Source: Rotaria socialis (lineage: Eukaryota). From it: a DNA stretch of 46,414 nt. Positions 23,501 through 34,329 of the stretch are shown piece by piece. A model generated the notes under the pieces. It ran no database searches, was not told the origin of the DNA, and worked only from the letters and a program-made list of their open reading frames with translations. The DNA lies in contig CAJNYD010000471.1 in NCBI GenBank assembly GCA_905331295.1, positions 1-46,414 on the forward strand. The letters run 5' to 3'. Position numbers and translations under genes: made by a program. Within the stretch, counting starts at the first letter, position 1; each line of letters starts with the position of its first letter.

Positions 23501-24772
23501 TATATTTTTGAATGAAAATTATCTTAAGTTGCTTTTCTAACTTGCGTTGCTGAGATAAAAACACGGAAACTATACGTCTAGCAGGGAGAATCGAATAATT
23601 TTAAGCATAAAATTTTCATAAAGAAGATATAATCTCAAACAAAACTATTCATTTTCATATCTATATATATAATGTTCAGTGTCTGTGCGTTTCTCTGCCG
23701 GGTAGTGAACTGCATCGGGATCTTTTCGGGCCTGCAGTAAGCACTGTTTACTAAACAGTGAATAAAAACTTCAAACCAATATCAAACTTTTTTTTGAAAT
23801 GTGGGTTCGATAGAGACCTTCTTCAGTTTGCACTCGGGAATAATAGTCAATCCATGAAATTGGAGAAGGAAAATATACGAAAAAAATCGAAGTCCTATCT
23901 AAATTCGATTCCGTTTTTTGTGATCGTTTTCTGCGTAGAACTGAAGGAATTAAAAGTTTTTCAAATCCAAATGCGTCAGTCTACAGCTAAAAAATTGCAC
24001 TATCGAATTCACATCTCGAAAAAGAGTTTGTGCTTGATGTAAAGTTGTTATTTATTGTTTATTCAAGGCCCGAAAAAAACCAGATGCAGTTCACCACTGC
24101 CGGGTCAAACCTTAAAGAAGAAAACAACCGTGCAGTATGCACGAGTTCGCGCTAGTAATCTATAATTGATGCTTACATATTTTTTGTAGTCGTTCTTCAG
24201 CATTGATCAAATTTTCTCGACTACTATTCAATGGAATGAGTAAAATATGGCATGGTTCCGCCTGAAGAAAAAATTAAGTTTGCCGAGAAAAACACGAAAT
24301 AGTGCTGACATACTTTAGCAAACGACATAGCCCATTCTTTTAGCAATCGTGCTTGACGATAGTATACTCTGACTAAATGTAATCGTTCTAATTTTGTTTG
24401 TTTTTCACTCTCAATTTTAAAAAATTGCACGATATCTGCTGTTAAATCGAGTGTAAACTGTTGTAACTGTTTATTCATAATTTGCGGCCTTTTTTTATGC
24501 GTTGATTCACATGTTAAGTTGTCTCGACTATACACAGCTTGTACACGATGATTAATTTGTAGACGTTCAAGAACATCGTTGCTTATTGGTTCGAGAAGTA
24601 TTACAAAATATCGCTTTAAATTATTACTCGACAGTGGTGGGTCAATGGTAATGAGCTCTTCAAGCGATTCTTCATTAGTAGTCAATGAAAAAGAAACTGG
24701 AAGTCGCAAACTAAGTGTAGAAATAGTTTTGCTCGAACCAAAAGCCACAACAACAGGCTCAAAACATGCCAT
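20544..24772 (-). CDS. 791-aa protein with receiver-like domain(s) and a C-terminal R-S-E (arginine-type) ADP-ribosyltransferase domain; 5 exons (24314-24772, 24177-24261, 22880-23385, 22293-22823, 20544-21338)
   Basis: All four introns are GT-AG and in phase; total 2376 nt with no internal stop found. ART motifs: WYSRDSFLF, LYRGQ, NTFLSTT, EDEVLF. The preceding domain reads FIWLD...IFLVVSGTLG...VYVYC...W...IKGVF. Confidence 0.85.
23703..24096. mobile_element. hAT-like MITE in intron 2 of the ART gene
   Basis: TIR T(A/G)GTGAACTGCATC...TTTTCGGGCC; perfect 8-bp TSD CTGCCGGG at 23695-23702 and 24097-24104. Confidence 0.88.
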
Positions 24773-25547
24773 TGAGTTTTGGTTTTTTTTCAAGTAGAAA
24801 ATTTTTCAGTGCATACAGGATTTATTTCAATGTAACTGGTAGGAAGAGAATGACAAAACATTAGGTTTTTAAAGGTGTACGCCGAGAGAAAGAGAGAAGA
24901 GGACGAAAACAAATTTAGGTGAGGTTGGAAAAAACACCGCTTGTTTCTTTCCCAACATCGACCATTTACATATAACTTGGGAAGAACCCATTATGTACTG
25001 TATCGTGAATATTGAGTCCGAAATTTATATCAAAAAGGAAACTTCATGTTATACAATCGGTTTATGCTTGCCCGTAGGATTGTGATTCATTTAAGATTAA
25101 TTATTTGTATAGTAATTCGACACAAGAACGACTTATATAAACTTGAATGGACTTATGGCATAATCGAATACTCTAGTTCGAATTATTGAACTTAAAACCA
25201 CTGTTTTATCAGCTTTTGCACAGGTATCAAATACTTTGCTGAATATTTCGAAAGTTCATATAATTCATTCAGTGTATCTAGTTGTCCTTCAAAAAATAAC
25301 AGTCGGTCAAAAGTTATTGTTGAGACTGAATAAGTATAAATAAGGTGTACTGTGTTTCATCTAACGTGACACGCACATTTCAAACTTGCCGAAACAAAAA
25401 AGAAACAATCATTTGTTCATCGAGTAGTCACCGACACATCGCATGCGCTCATGAATGTCAGTCCTAATTGGGATATATATATATAAAGTTGAAAAATCTC
25501 TTTTACTTTAGTCACTTTTCTCTCTTTGTATTCAAACTCGAGTCTTT

Positions 25548-26063
25548 TTGTGTACTCAAAAAAGAAAGAGTACGCTATAGAATCGGTCAGTGTGTCCGGC
25601 CGTTTATTCGATAACCCTTCACAATTACATTCGATTGAGCTGAAATTCTGTGTACAGAATTGTCTCATCAATATTTAGGTCGAGTTCGAAGATGAGAAGG
25701 ATCCATCAAGAAATGGCTGAGTTATCGAAAAAATTGTCATTTTTGATCAGACCATCCCTGAGGGGGAGTACAGGGATTTTTCAAAAAACCTTTTTTTCTC
25801 AGAATTATCCACAACATATATAAATCGACTCAGTTTTTAACGCTGATTCTAAATCCGATATTAGTTTTGAACTAAATCATAGCCTTCTAACGAAACATCG
25901 CCTGAAAAACGTCTCAAAATACACAAAAAACTGCATCCAGAAATCAAATTACCTAGTTTCTCATGATAATTTTGGTGTTCAAACATTCTAGAATGACTCA
26001 TATGTCCCATGCACTTTTTGCAGTACACACAACTCTCGGATGAAATCCGACGTTTCCACATTT
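25548..26063 (+). mobile_element. Helentron-associated non-autonomous element (HINE/DINE-1-like)
   Basis: T-rich start, 5' subTIR TGTGTACT (25549-25556) with short IR GAGTAC (25568-25573), 3' subTIR AGTACACA (26022-26029), hairpin TCGGA-TGAAA-TCCGA (26036-26050), T-rich end. Confidence 0.55.
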
Positions 26064-27035
26064 ATTTTGTATCAAAACGTCTACAAATACTTTTATCTAT
26101 TTTAACGTTACCATCCCATTATTCATATTTATTATCGAAAGATTATGACATTTGGATACACTTGATGCTTTATAGTAATCTTAGAAGCACAAGACATTCA
26201 ATTGTTTATGCTTACTATTTCAAACAGTCATCAGATCATACTTCCATATTTCGATTACTGATTGATATGATTAGTTATAATCATAAATTTGTAATTTTAT
26301 GTCTTCGATAATGATACATATCACGATTCATCACTATGTAGCTGTGAGATCTACGCTGTTACGATTACTAAACGAATCCATACAAAAATAGTACTAATTA
26401 TAGTAACTACTACAGTTTTCTCTTTTTTTAATTTTGGGCTGGCATCAATCTACTTAGCATTTGATTACAATACAATCATTTTCTTCTGCATATTCTACCC
26501 TTGATAATTTATCAATGATGATATACATTGAACAAAGTCTACTATTGAAAAGCGAGCTTGCGAAAGTTGTAACCGTATTATTCTTATTGCCATTCCAAGC
26601 AAATAGTCATATATGGAAAGATTATCTTTCTTTTCGTTATTTTCACGATCGAATTCATTTAAATAATTTTTCTTTCATCAAAGTTGATTATTATAATCAA
26701 AACCAAATCCGAATTAAACACAGTATTAGAAATATCTACCATTATGACCTTTCTACATCGATTTAGAAAAAATTAATGTTTTTCTCGGTTTTATTTGTTC
26801 GATTTGTGTATCTGGATTGTTGAAAATTATTTTTTTGTCTAAAAATCAGTAATACTAATTAAAATACAAGTTTAATAATTATCATGTAATAAAATGAAAA
26901 CTATATCTTGTTGAAAGACTCCTTCTTTTAAAATTTATTGAACAAAAATATATCACAAAAATCAAACTAATTCTAATGAACAAAAAAAAATTATTATTCA
27001 TCTCAAATGTTTTATGAGTAATCACGTACATCTAG

Positions 27036-27644
27036 TTACATTTTTCTTATAGGTATATCATATTGTTTTAGATCGGGAAACGAAAAAATACGCCCAGCTG
27101 CTATACAACTTACTAGAAAACTAAGTATCGTCAGTAAATGTGCTGTTTGATATAGATTAGCTGCATAATCATTATAATAAAGAACATATGCGCCTTCAGC
27201 CATTCCAGCAAGCATAAAAAGGCAAGCAATAAAAAGACCTGTGGGTGAAATTAGATAGATCCACGTTGCTAAATTTTCCACACACATTAACAAAGTTGTC
27301 AGTGTTCCTACGAAAATAAAAAATATACCAACAATACAGAGACCAGCTGCATTATCTAAATGTTGATTCCATTCAGTTTGATTCCATCGTGCATTAATAG
27401 GATAATATTGGTTAATGTTACGATTATCACTACGATGTATACAATTCATCGCCGTACCATTTAAATTCGAGCGGCATGCATAGAAAAAGTTTGCTGTACT
27501 AATAACATATGATTGCCCATTGATTACGGCTTGAGCACTTTGCCAATTAGGTGTACCAATACCAACACACGCTAATAGTAAAGCAATACCTCCGAAAACT
27601 ATAGTGATAATAATGAATGTATTATTAGGACCATCGGTGTTCAT
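27036..27644 (-). CDS. Claudin/PMP22-like four-transmembrane protein, 202 aa, intronless
   Basis: Four hydrophobic segments; TPNW after TM1; first extracellular loop ANFFYAC-x10-C resembles the claudin W-GLW-C-C signature. Confidence 0.78.
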   Translation of the reverse strand: MNTDGPNNTFIIITIVFGGIALLLACVGIGTPNWQSAQAVINGQSYVISTANFFYACRSNLNGTAMNCIHRSDNRNINQYYPINARWNQTEWNQHLDNAAGLCIVGIFFIFVGTLTTLLMCVENLATWIYLISPTGLFIACLFMLAGMAEGAYVLYYNDYAANLYQTAHLLTILSFLVSCIAAGRIFSFPDLKQYDIPIRKM

Positions 27645-28789
27645 AGTTAATTCTATCGTTTTGAATATGAAATAGATATTAATTGTAAGAAAAATCTGTC
27701 GCTTACTTGCGTAATATTTTAATGATCCCTTGTTTAATTAAAATGGTTGCTAACAATCATTGATGCTTCTTTCTCAATGCCGCTGCTCAAATGTCATTCT
27801 TCACAATAGAGAGAAAAAAACTTTTTAACATAACGTTTGCAGTAAAAGCTGTCATGAAAACAAACGAAAACAGTTATTTGTATTGTGTACAGATGCATCG
27901 TCACGAAAAGCACGTTGCTATTAGTTTTTTTTTTCGTCAGTTGAATGTGAAATAAATCATCAGACTGAAGAAAGGTAAAAAAAAAAAGGCTGTCGAATTT
28001 ATTGTTGATTGAATAAGACTGACATGTGCACACAAGAGATTGAGTTCGATTGATGGAAAGACAATTTTATAAGCCTTAAATTTATGGTTTCATATGTGAC
28101 AGAAAAAAAAAATTTACAAGATTTTCAACAAGATGAGAAAGCCTTGGAATTTTTATTTATTATTAAAAATTACACTTGGCATAATATGCTATCCGTAGAA
28201 TGAAAGATGAATATTCTTTCTATGTTGAAGCATGCTGACACTGAAGTCGTGCCGTTTGATACGATCATCGTAAAATAAGATATAATCTTTTACATTTTTT
28301 TCCTTTTGTCTAGCTATGCATCAATGATCATATTTTATGAAACATATTGATAAGATAAATACTATAGCGAAGACTTATGTTGCTGTCAAAAACTCTACTG
28401 AAAGAAATGTTATTCGATCGAGAACATGTTTATTTAAATATCTTATTGGAAATAGGAATCTGATCGTTTAAAACTATATTCATGGTTTTAAATATATATT
28501 TACATACCTGAATAACTTAGAATTAATATCGAAAATAACAATTGCATTAGGTTGAGAAATTAAATAATAATAGTATTAATGAATGAAAAGATCCGAATAA
28601 AAATATGAAGAAATGATGCTTTTTAAGCAATTGAAGTATACATTATAAAAGAATAAAGACCTTCAAGGTGAAAATTGCTCTTTATGAAAAATAGTTGATG
28701 ACGTAGAGCCGTAGAAAATAGAACAGCACTCATGAATTATCACATTGAAAGACAATAGAATGTGCATATAGATATATTTTTGTCATTTG

Positions 28790-29712
28790 ACTATAGTAAT
28801 TTTCAAAGTAAAACTTGCAGCACGAACCTTTATTGGTTCGGATTCCTGGTCAGTCTCAGTCGAATATTTTAACAACGATACGCGTTAGATATCTTAATTG
28901 GAAATTCAATTGCTAACTTTGTAACTATTCATCTTGGATGCGGCAATGGAACATTCGGAAAACCAATATCATACATAACAGGTAATATCTTTCGCTCATA
29001 CTCGGCCACTATTGGTGACTTTAACAATGATAATTAACCGGATATCGTTGCTAGAGATCAGATGAAAAATTATATTTGCATTCGGCTTGGAAATGGTGAC
29101 GGAAATTTTCTAAACCTAGAAACATATTAAACTGGAGATAAATCCTATCCTATTCATGTCGCTGTTGGTGATATTAACAACGATAACAAAGTTGATATCG
29201 TTACAGCAAATACCAGTGCAAATAATATTGGTGTATTTATGGGATTTGGTTATCGAATATTTAGTAGTATGACACCATATACAACAGGAAATCAATCGCT
29301 GCCAATCTATGTCGTTCTTGCTAATTTTAATCACGACCCTTATCTAGACGTTGTTGTTGCTAGCACAAGTTCTGACACTGTAGGTATTTTTCTAGGATAC
29401 GGCGATGGAACATTTGCCAGCATTACAACCGATTCCACTGGAATCAGCTCTCAAACACAAGTGATTGCCATTAGTGATTTCAATAATGACAATCGATCAG
29501 ATATTGTCGTTGCCAACTATGGTTCGAATGGAATAAGAATATTTGTCGGCCATGAAAATAAAATTTTCCTCAAATATCAATCATGCTCAACTGGTTATGG
29601 CTCTCGCCCACGTTCAGCCGCAGTCAGATATTTCAATCACAATGATTGGATCGATCTAGCAGCAGCTAACAGCGGCTATGACAACGTCGACATTATTGTG
29701 CAAACTTGCTAG
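28790..29712 (+). pseudogene. FG-GAP/VCBS repeat protein, disrupted
   Basis: Repeated GD(F/I)NNDxxxD(I/V)VxAN...IFLGxGDG(T/N)F units; in-frame TAA at 29035-29037 and 29128-29130 and a 1-nt frameshift near 28883. The 5' boundary is approximate. Confidence 0.8.
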
Positions 29713-30052
29713 TTTTTTCGCTTTTCTAAATTATTGTATTTAATTCTTGACTATAAAATCAAGCATCGAGGTCCTACAACGATGTACTAATTGTAATGAT
29801 ATTTCATCATACCCACACCCACACCCTGTTTATAGAAATAGCTTTAGAAGAAAAATCTCGTGATAGTATTATGATTTTTGAAATAATTATGCACGTGTCT
29901 CCCATAGTCACTCACGGTTCACGAAACAAAGCTGCCCTGTAAGCACAAACTTCTTGAAAAGAAATGAGTTATCGAAAGTGCTAGATTATATAATTACATA
30001 TTTCATCACTTTTAATGCAAGTAATTTAGTTCACTGTTAATTGCTTCAGCTG

Positions 30053-30286
30053 TTAAACACAACGATAAATGCCGAGTGGGACATACCCTGGTCGACATGC
30101 ACATATTCGATTGAGGCACATCGAATTGCCAACAAGACCACCACAATTACTATCCGAATCACATGGATAGCCAAGAACACTATCGTAGATATACGTGGTT
30201 GTAGTAATGGTAGTCGGAGAAGTGGTGATCGGAGAGCCGCTAACAGAACTTGTTGCAATCAATGCAATCAATAATATGAGCCACAT
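30053..30286 (-). CDS. Small secreted EB-module (6-Cys) protein, 77 aa
   Basis: Signal peptide, Thr-rich linker, then LGYPCDSDSNC...SMCLNRICACRPGY...RC, the EB-module cysteine pattern. Confidence 0.75.
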   Translation of the reverse strand: MWLILLIALIATSSVSGSPITTSPTTITTTTYIYDSVLGYPCDSDSNCGGLVGNSMCLNRICACRPGYVPLGIYRCV

Positions 30287-31270
30287 TTTAAATCTAAAAT
30301 ATTGAAAATATAGAATCGTACGACAATCATTTCATTGACTGAAGGATTTTTTTCACAGTTTTTCTAGCATGTGTTTGATGAGCCCGAAATTCCAATTCAT
30401 CATATACTACTCAAATAAATGATTTTTAAATTGCATTGAATACTAAAAGATAGCAACTTATAAAACTTCAGTTTAAACAAGTTTGATTCAAAAAGTTTGA
30501 TTAATCCCAGTTGAATCGAAGTCTAATGGGTCGCATTGAGACTTACGATCATCAGTTTCTTAAGCAAATAAATTAAAAGCAACTGCCCGTGTGTCCTTGA
30601 ACTGAGGAGATCTTATAAAACTTTGGGCAATCTAACTATGCCAGGCTGAGTAAAGCGATGAGATATGATCTACTGACAATGCAAAGTGATAAACAATGGC
30701 TTCTCATAGTAACAAATAGTGGCGCACCAACAACTGAAGCGAATCATGAAAATTAATAGGCTTCTACTGGTTTTGCTTTAGGTAAACAATCAAAAGGATA
30801 AGAATGGTGATTTTTCTTTTGAATACACGGACTTTATATGAATACATCTTTAGCTAGTTGTTTCTTTTTAAAATTAGCGAGACGAATAAAAGGTCATTTT
30901 TTTATTTTGATGTAATCCATTTGTCAATAGGAAAATAATTCGATACCATCTACTACACAGTTTCAATATTAATCCATAGCTTTGAAGGGCATTTTTACTT
31001 TGTTTAGCCAATTTAATCTATTTCTTTTTCATCAACTGCAAAGGTTCATGTAAGATTTGGTGATCTTCAACATTTACTCTCACTTTGTATAACTACACTT
31101 GGCATATGAAATCATGAGGGAATGATCCTTGTACAAATCCAAATAGTATAATTCACTAATCAAATATGAGTTTCACATGAGCGAAACAATCCAATTGACT
31201 GCTAATTATTCTATTAACAGAACGAAATGAATATATTCTTTTTCTCTTAATGGAAAAGAAAATGCAGATA

Positions 31271-31339
31271 CAGTAAAGTCTCTCTATAGTGGGCACTTTT
31301 CGGACTTTTCAAAAGTGTCCACTATGGGAGGTTCCACTA
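31271..31339. mobile_element. 69-bp pogo/Tigger-like mini-MITE
   Basis: TA|CAGTAAAGTCTCTCTATAGTGGGCACTTTT ... AAAAGTGTCCACTATGGGAGGTTCCACTA|TA; the element is essentially two TIRs with a TA TSD. Confidence 0.55.
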
Positions 31340-32239
31340 TATTGTAGTAGATTTCAATACATGCAATATGGAATCAACAACAGGAATGCAATTCTAACTG
31401 TCAATTCATAGCATAATGAACATTCTTTATTCTTGTATAGCTGACGATGGTGTATAACAATGGAACATCGTGTAGAATAGAAGATGATCCTCATTAAAAG
31501 GTTATTCAGAAGAAAATTTTCGTAAGACGTTATTGAATGGCGTGCCTGTTGCAAACGCTTTTTTCCTGTAAAAACTAGTAGTTTCTCGTTTTATTACTAA
31601 AAAGCAGGTTTGTTACTGATAATATCAAGATTTTATTTTAAAAATTACGCATTTCCTAGTCATAAGTCTCGCTCTAATAAATTTAATATCTACTATTGCT
31701 GATTTCAATTTCAAAAACTTTTCTTAACACTGATCGATGTTTTTAGATAGACACTAGCAACAAACGAATCGGCATGAGAGATAGAGCGACTCTCTCTGGT
31801 GTCAATGCTTTTTAAATAAAATGATTGCTCACTCCCATATAAATCCATGTATCAGAGCTCGATGTTAAATATCTTTTTGCAGAAAGATATTTTTCTGACT
31901 ACCCAAAATTGATAGTTGCATTACCACGGAATGATTGGCTATTACAAGAAAAACATTCGCAACAATTATTAGATTTGTCATATAATTTTGTTCAATATTG
32001 TAAATTTCACCAAACGTATTAAATAATACCTATCTAATTTTAATACACAATATGAGATTATTTACCGACTTGCATGACATTTCTTGAATGTAGTCCTTAG
32101 AGGTTGTCCATGCATTTTCGCTAAGAAAATTGAAACATGAGTAAAGAGCTTATCTTTCTGTTAAATATATAAATTCTATTAATAAGAAAACACACATTTA
32201 CAAGTAAAGCAGAAGCATAAAAAATTAATCCTGATAAAT

Positions 32240-33100
32240 TTAAGCAATCGTTGCTAATCTATAACCTTTTCTATATTTTCGAATTTGAATACAATAGGCA
32301 ACGCCACCAATAAACAACAGAACTCCGACGATACTAATAGCTCGTATAAAAATTATTTCATTTAATTCAGTTGAATTCATCATTATTACATTATTAATTG
32401 ATTGCCACGCATACATTTTGTCTAATGTAGAATTATATGAGACTTCACCAGTACAATGATTTTTTATGCATTGATAATCATTTGAATTTTCTCCAAACGT
32501 TTTGATATGTATGTAAACTGGATTTGTCGATGATTTATCTTTGCATTGTGCTTTTCCGTACGTAAAATTTTTCAATTCATCATAGACATTAAAACATAAA
32601 TGACTAGTACATTCGTTCGTTGCTTGTTTTGCATTACAAATACTTGTTGAACTATGCGATGTTTTCCATAATGAAGTAAAACTAGTATGTAATGAATTAT
32701 CATTAGAGTTGAGTAAGCGTTTTGCCCAGTTATTAAGAAATATTCTATCACAGAAATCCCCTGATGAACAACTATAATCAAAATAGCTTACAATTGATAG
32801 AATATCATTTTTATGAAAAAATATTGTTGAACCAAATTCAATGTTTGTATTATGCTGATGTGTCGGCGAGCCAAATTTTATAACAACATAATTATTTCTA
32901 TCACCATTATAATCGATTGTTATGCGAACATTACAAATCGAATTATTTGCAATAACTTCATTCTTAATATTAAATAAGATCGATGAAAAATCATTCCAGT
33001 TAAATGTATGTCGAGAAAAATAAAATGAACCTTTTGAATAACAAAGAAGAGCGTTAAGATTTTGAACAGAAACTAGAAGAAGAAGAATAATCTTCAACAT
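32240..33100 (-). CDS. Cys-rich type I membrane protein (Ly6/three-finger-like ectodomain), 286 aa, intronless
   Basis: ATG at 33100, signal peptide then LLCY, C-x4-C-D/T motifs (CSSGDFCD, CIKNHCT), C-terminal TM (ISIVGVLLFIGGVAYCI) and a short basic tail containing GYRL. Confidence 0.75.
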   Translation of the reverse strand: MLKIILLLLVSVQNLNALLCYSKGSFYFSRHTFNWNDFSSILFNIKNEVIANNSICNVRITIDYNGDRNNYVVIKFGSPTHQHNTNIEFGSTIFFHKNDILSIVSYFDYSCSSGDFCDRIFLNNWAKRLLNSNDNSLHTSFTSLWKTSHSSTSICNAKQATNECTSHLCFNVYDELKNFTYGKAQCKDKSSTNPVYIHIKTFGENSNDYQCIKNHCTGEVSYNSTLDKMYAWQSINNVIMMNSTELNEIIFIRAISIVGVLLFIGGVAYCIQIRKYRKGYRLATIA

Positions 33101-33824
33101 TGTCTTGACTAGAAATGAATGTAATATGATCAATGGTTATATTATATCACTTAATGATAAAAGACGGCGAATGAACAGATCAAGATTGAAGCTCGTGATT
33201 TTTTGCAAATAAATTATATTTGTCAATTATAATTAACAAACATGAATCATCAACCAGTGAGACTGATAAATGAGCTTTCCATTCACGAACATCACGAATG
33301 TGGCTTTTCCAATTAGGTCTTGTATTTTTTACAATTTCTTTTCTTTTTGTCTTCTCCTTCTAGTTTTTTTTCTTTTTTTTATATTTATGCGTCCTTCATA
33401 TTAATCGATGCGCTATTATTTTTCTTCCTCTTGTTCGCACCATGTCGCTTCATCTCGGATTCGGTTACTATTCAGAAAAAATTATTAATAGAAAAAGCAA
33501 AGACATGATAGAAATATCATTCTATAGAAATTTTTGGTGCACGTAGATTTATTGAAAATAATTTGCAATTCTAAATTCTAATTATTTTATAGATCCCAGC
33601 TAGTAAGTTGCATAGATATAATCAAGCGTGTCTATTGGAATTTCAGATACTATTAGATAATGTTCATAAAAACACAGCGTTGACCTATAACAAGAGAATT
33701 GCCAAAAAAATATTTTATTAATATCTTCATCTGTTTATGCAGCACAAAAATAAAACGATAGATCAAATTTATTGAAAATTTCAAACTAAAAATTTAGTTT
33801 CGATTTACAATTGGTTGATCACAC

Positions 33825-34329
33825 CAGGGCTGGAACCAGTACCGAACCGGACAGGACCGGTTAAGAAATTCAACCGGGCCGGTAAATACCGGAAAATCGC
33901 CGGTTGAAATTTTAAAATAACTATCTTCATTTAGCTCTGTTTTGTTAAAAAGATGTTTTATCAGTATATATATATACATTTATTTATATATAAAAAGTCC
34001 TATAGATCTGTTGATGCTGCAAAATTTTTGTGGAATTCAGAAGAAATCTTGATTATAATCATAAACACCAGTAATAAATCTCATTTTCTTTCATAGTAAA
34101 GAGATATCAACGGACGTGCGACAGTTGATCAATTTGTTTGGTCAATGCATTATCAACAGTGATCTTTTTTTCTGTCGTGTTTTATTTCTTTCTCGTCCGT
34201 CTTTGCCGGAATTTCACCGGTTCAAGAATAATTTATGTCCGGCCGGTTTACCGGTCGGACCGGACCGGTAAATGTTTTTAACCGGTCGGACAGGACCGGT
34301 TTATAAATATCTTACCGGTTCCAGCCCTG
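33825..34329. mobile_element. hAT-like MITE
   Basis: TIR CAGGGCTGGAACC(A/G)GTA; 8-bp TSD GATCACAC / GACCACAC (7/8); subterminal ACCGG repeats. Confidence 0.85.

Noticed and set aside
29812..29826. (CCCACA)2.5, matching the reverse of a TGTGGG telomere-type repeat
   Set aside because: Only 2.5 units; too short to distinguish from chance.
30500..30560. Minus-strand CTGATGA followed by a stem, as a hammerhead ribozyme
   Set aside because: The conserved GAAA after stem II is absent and no stems I/III were found.
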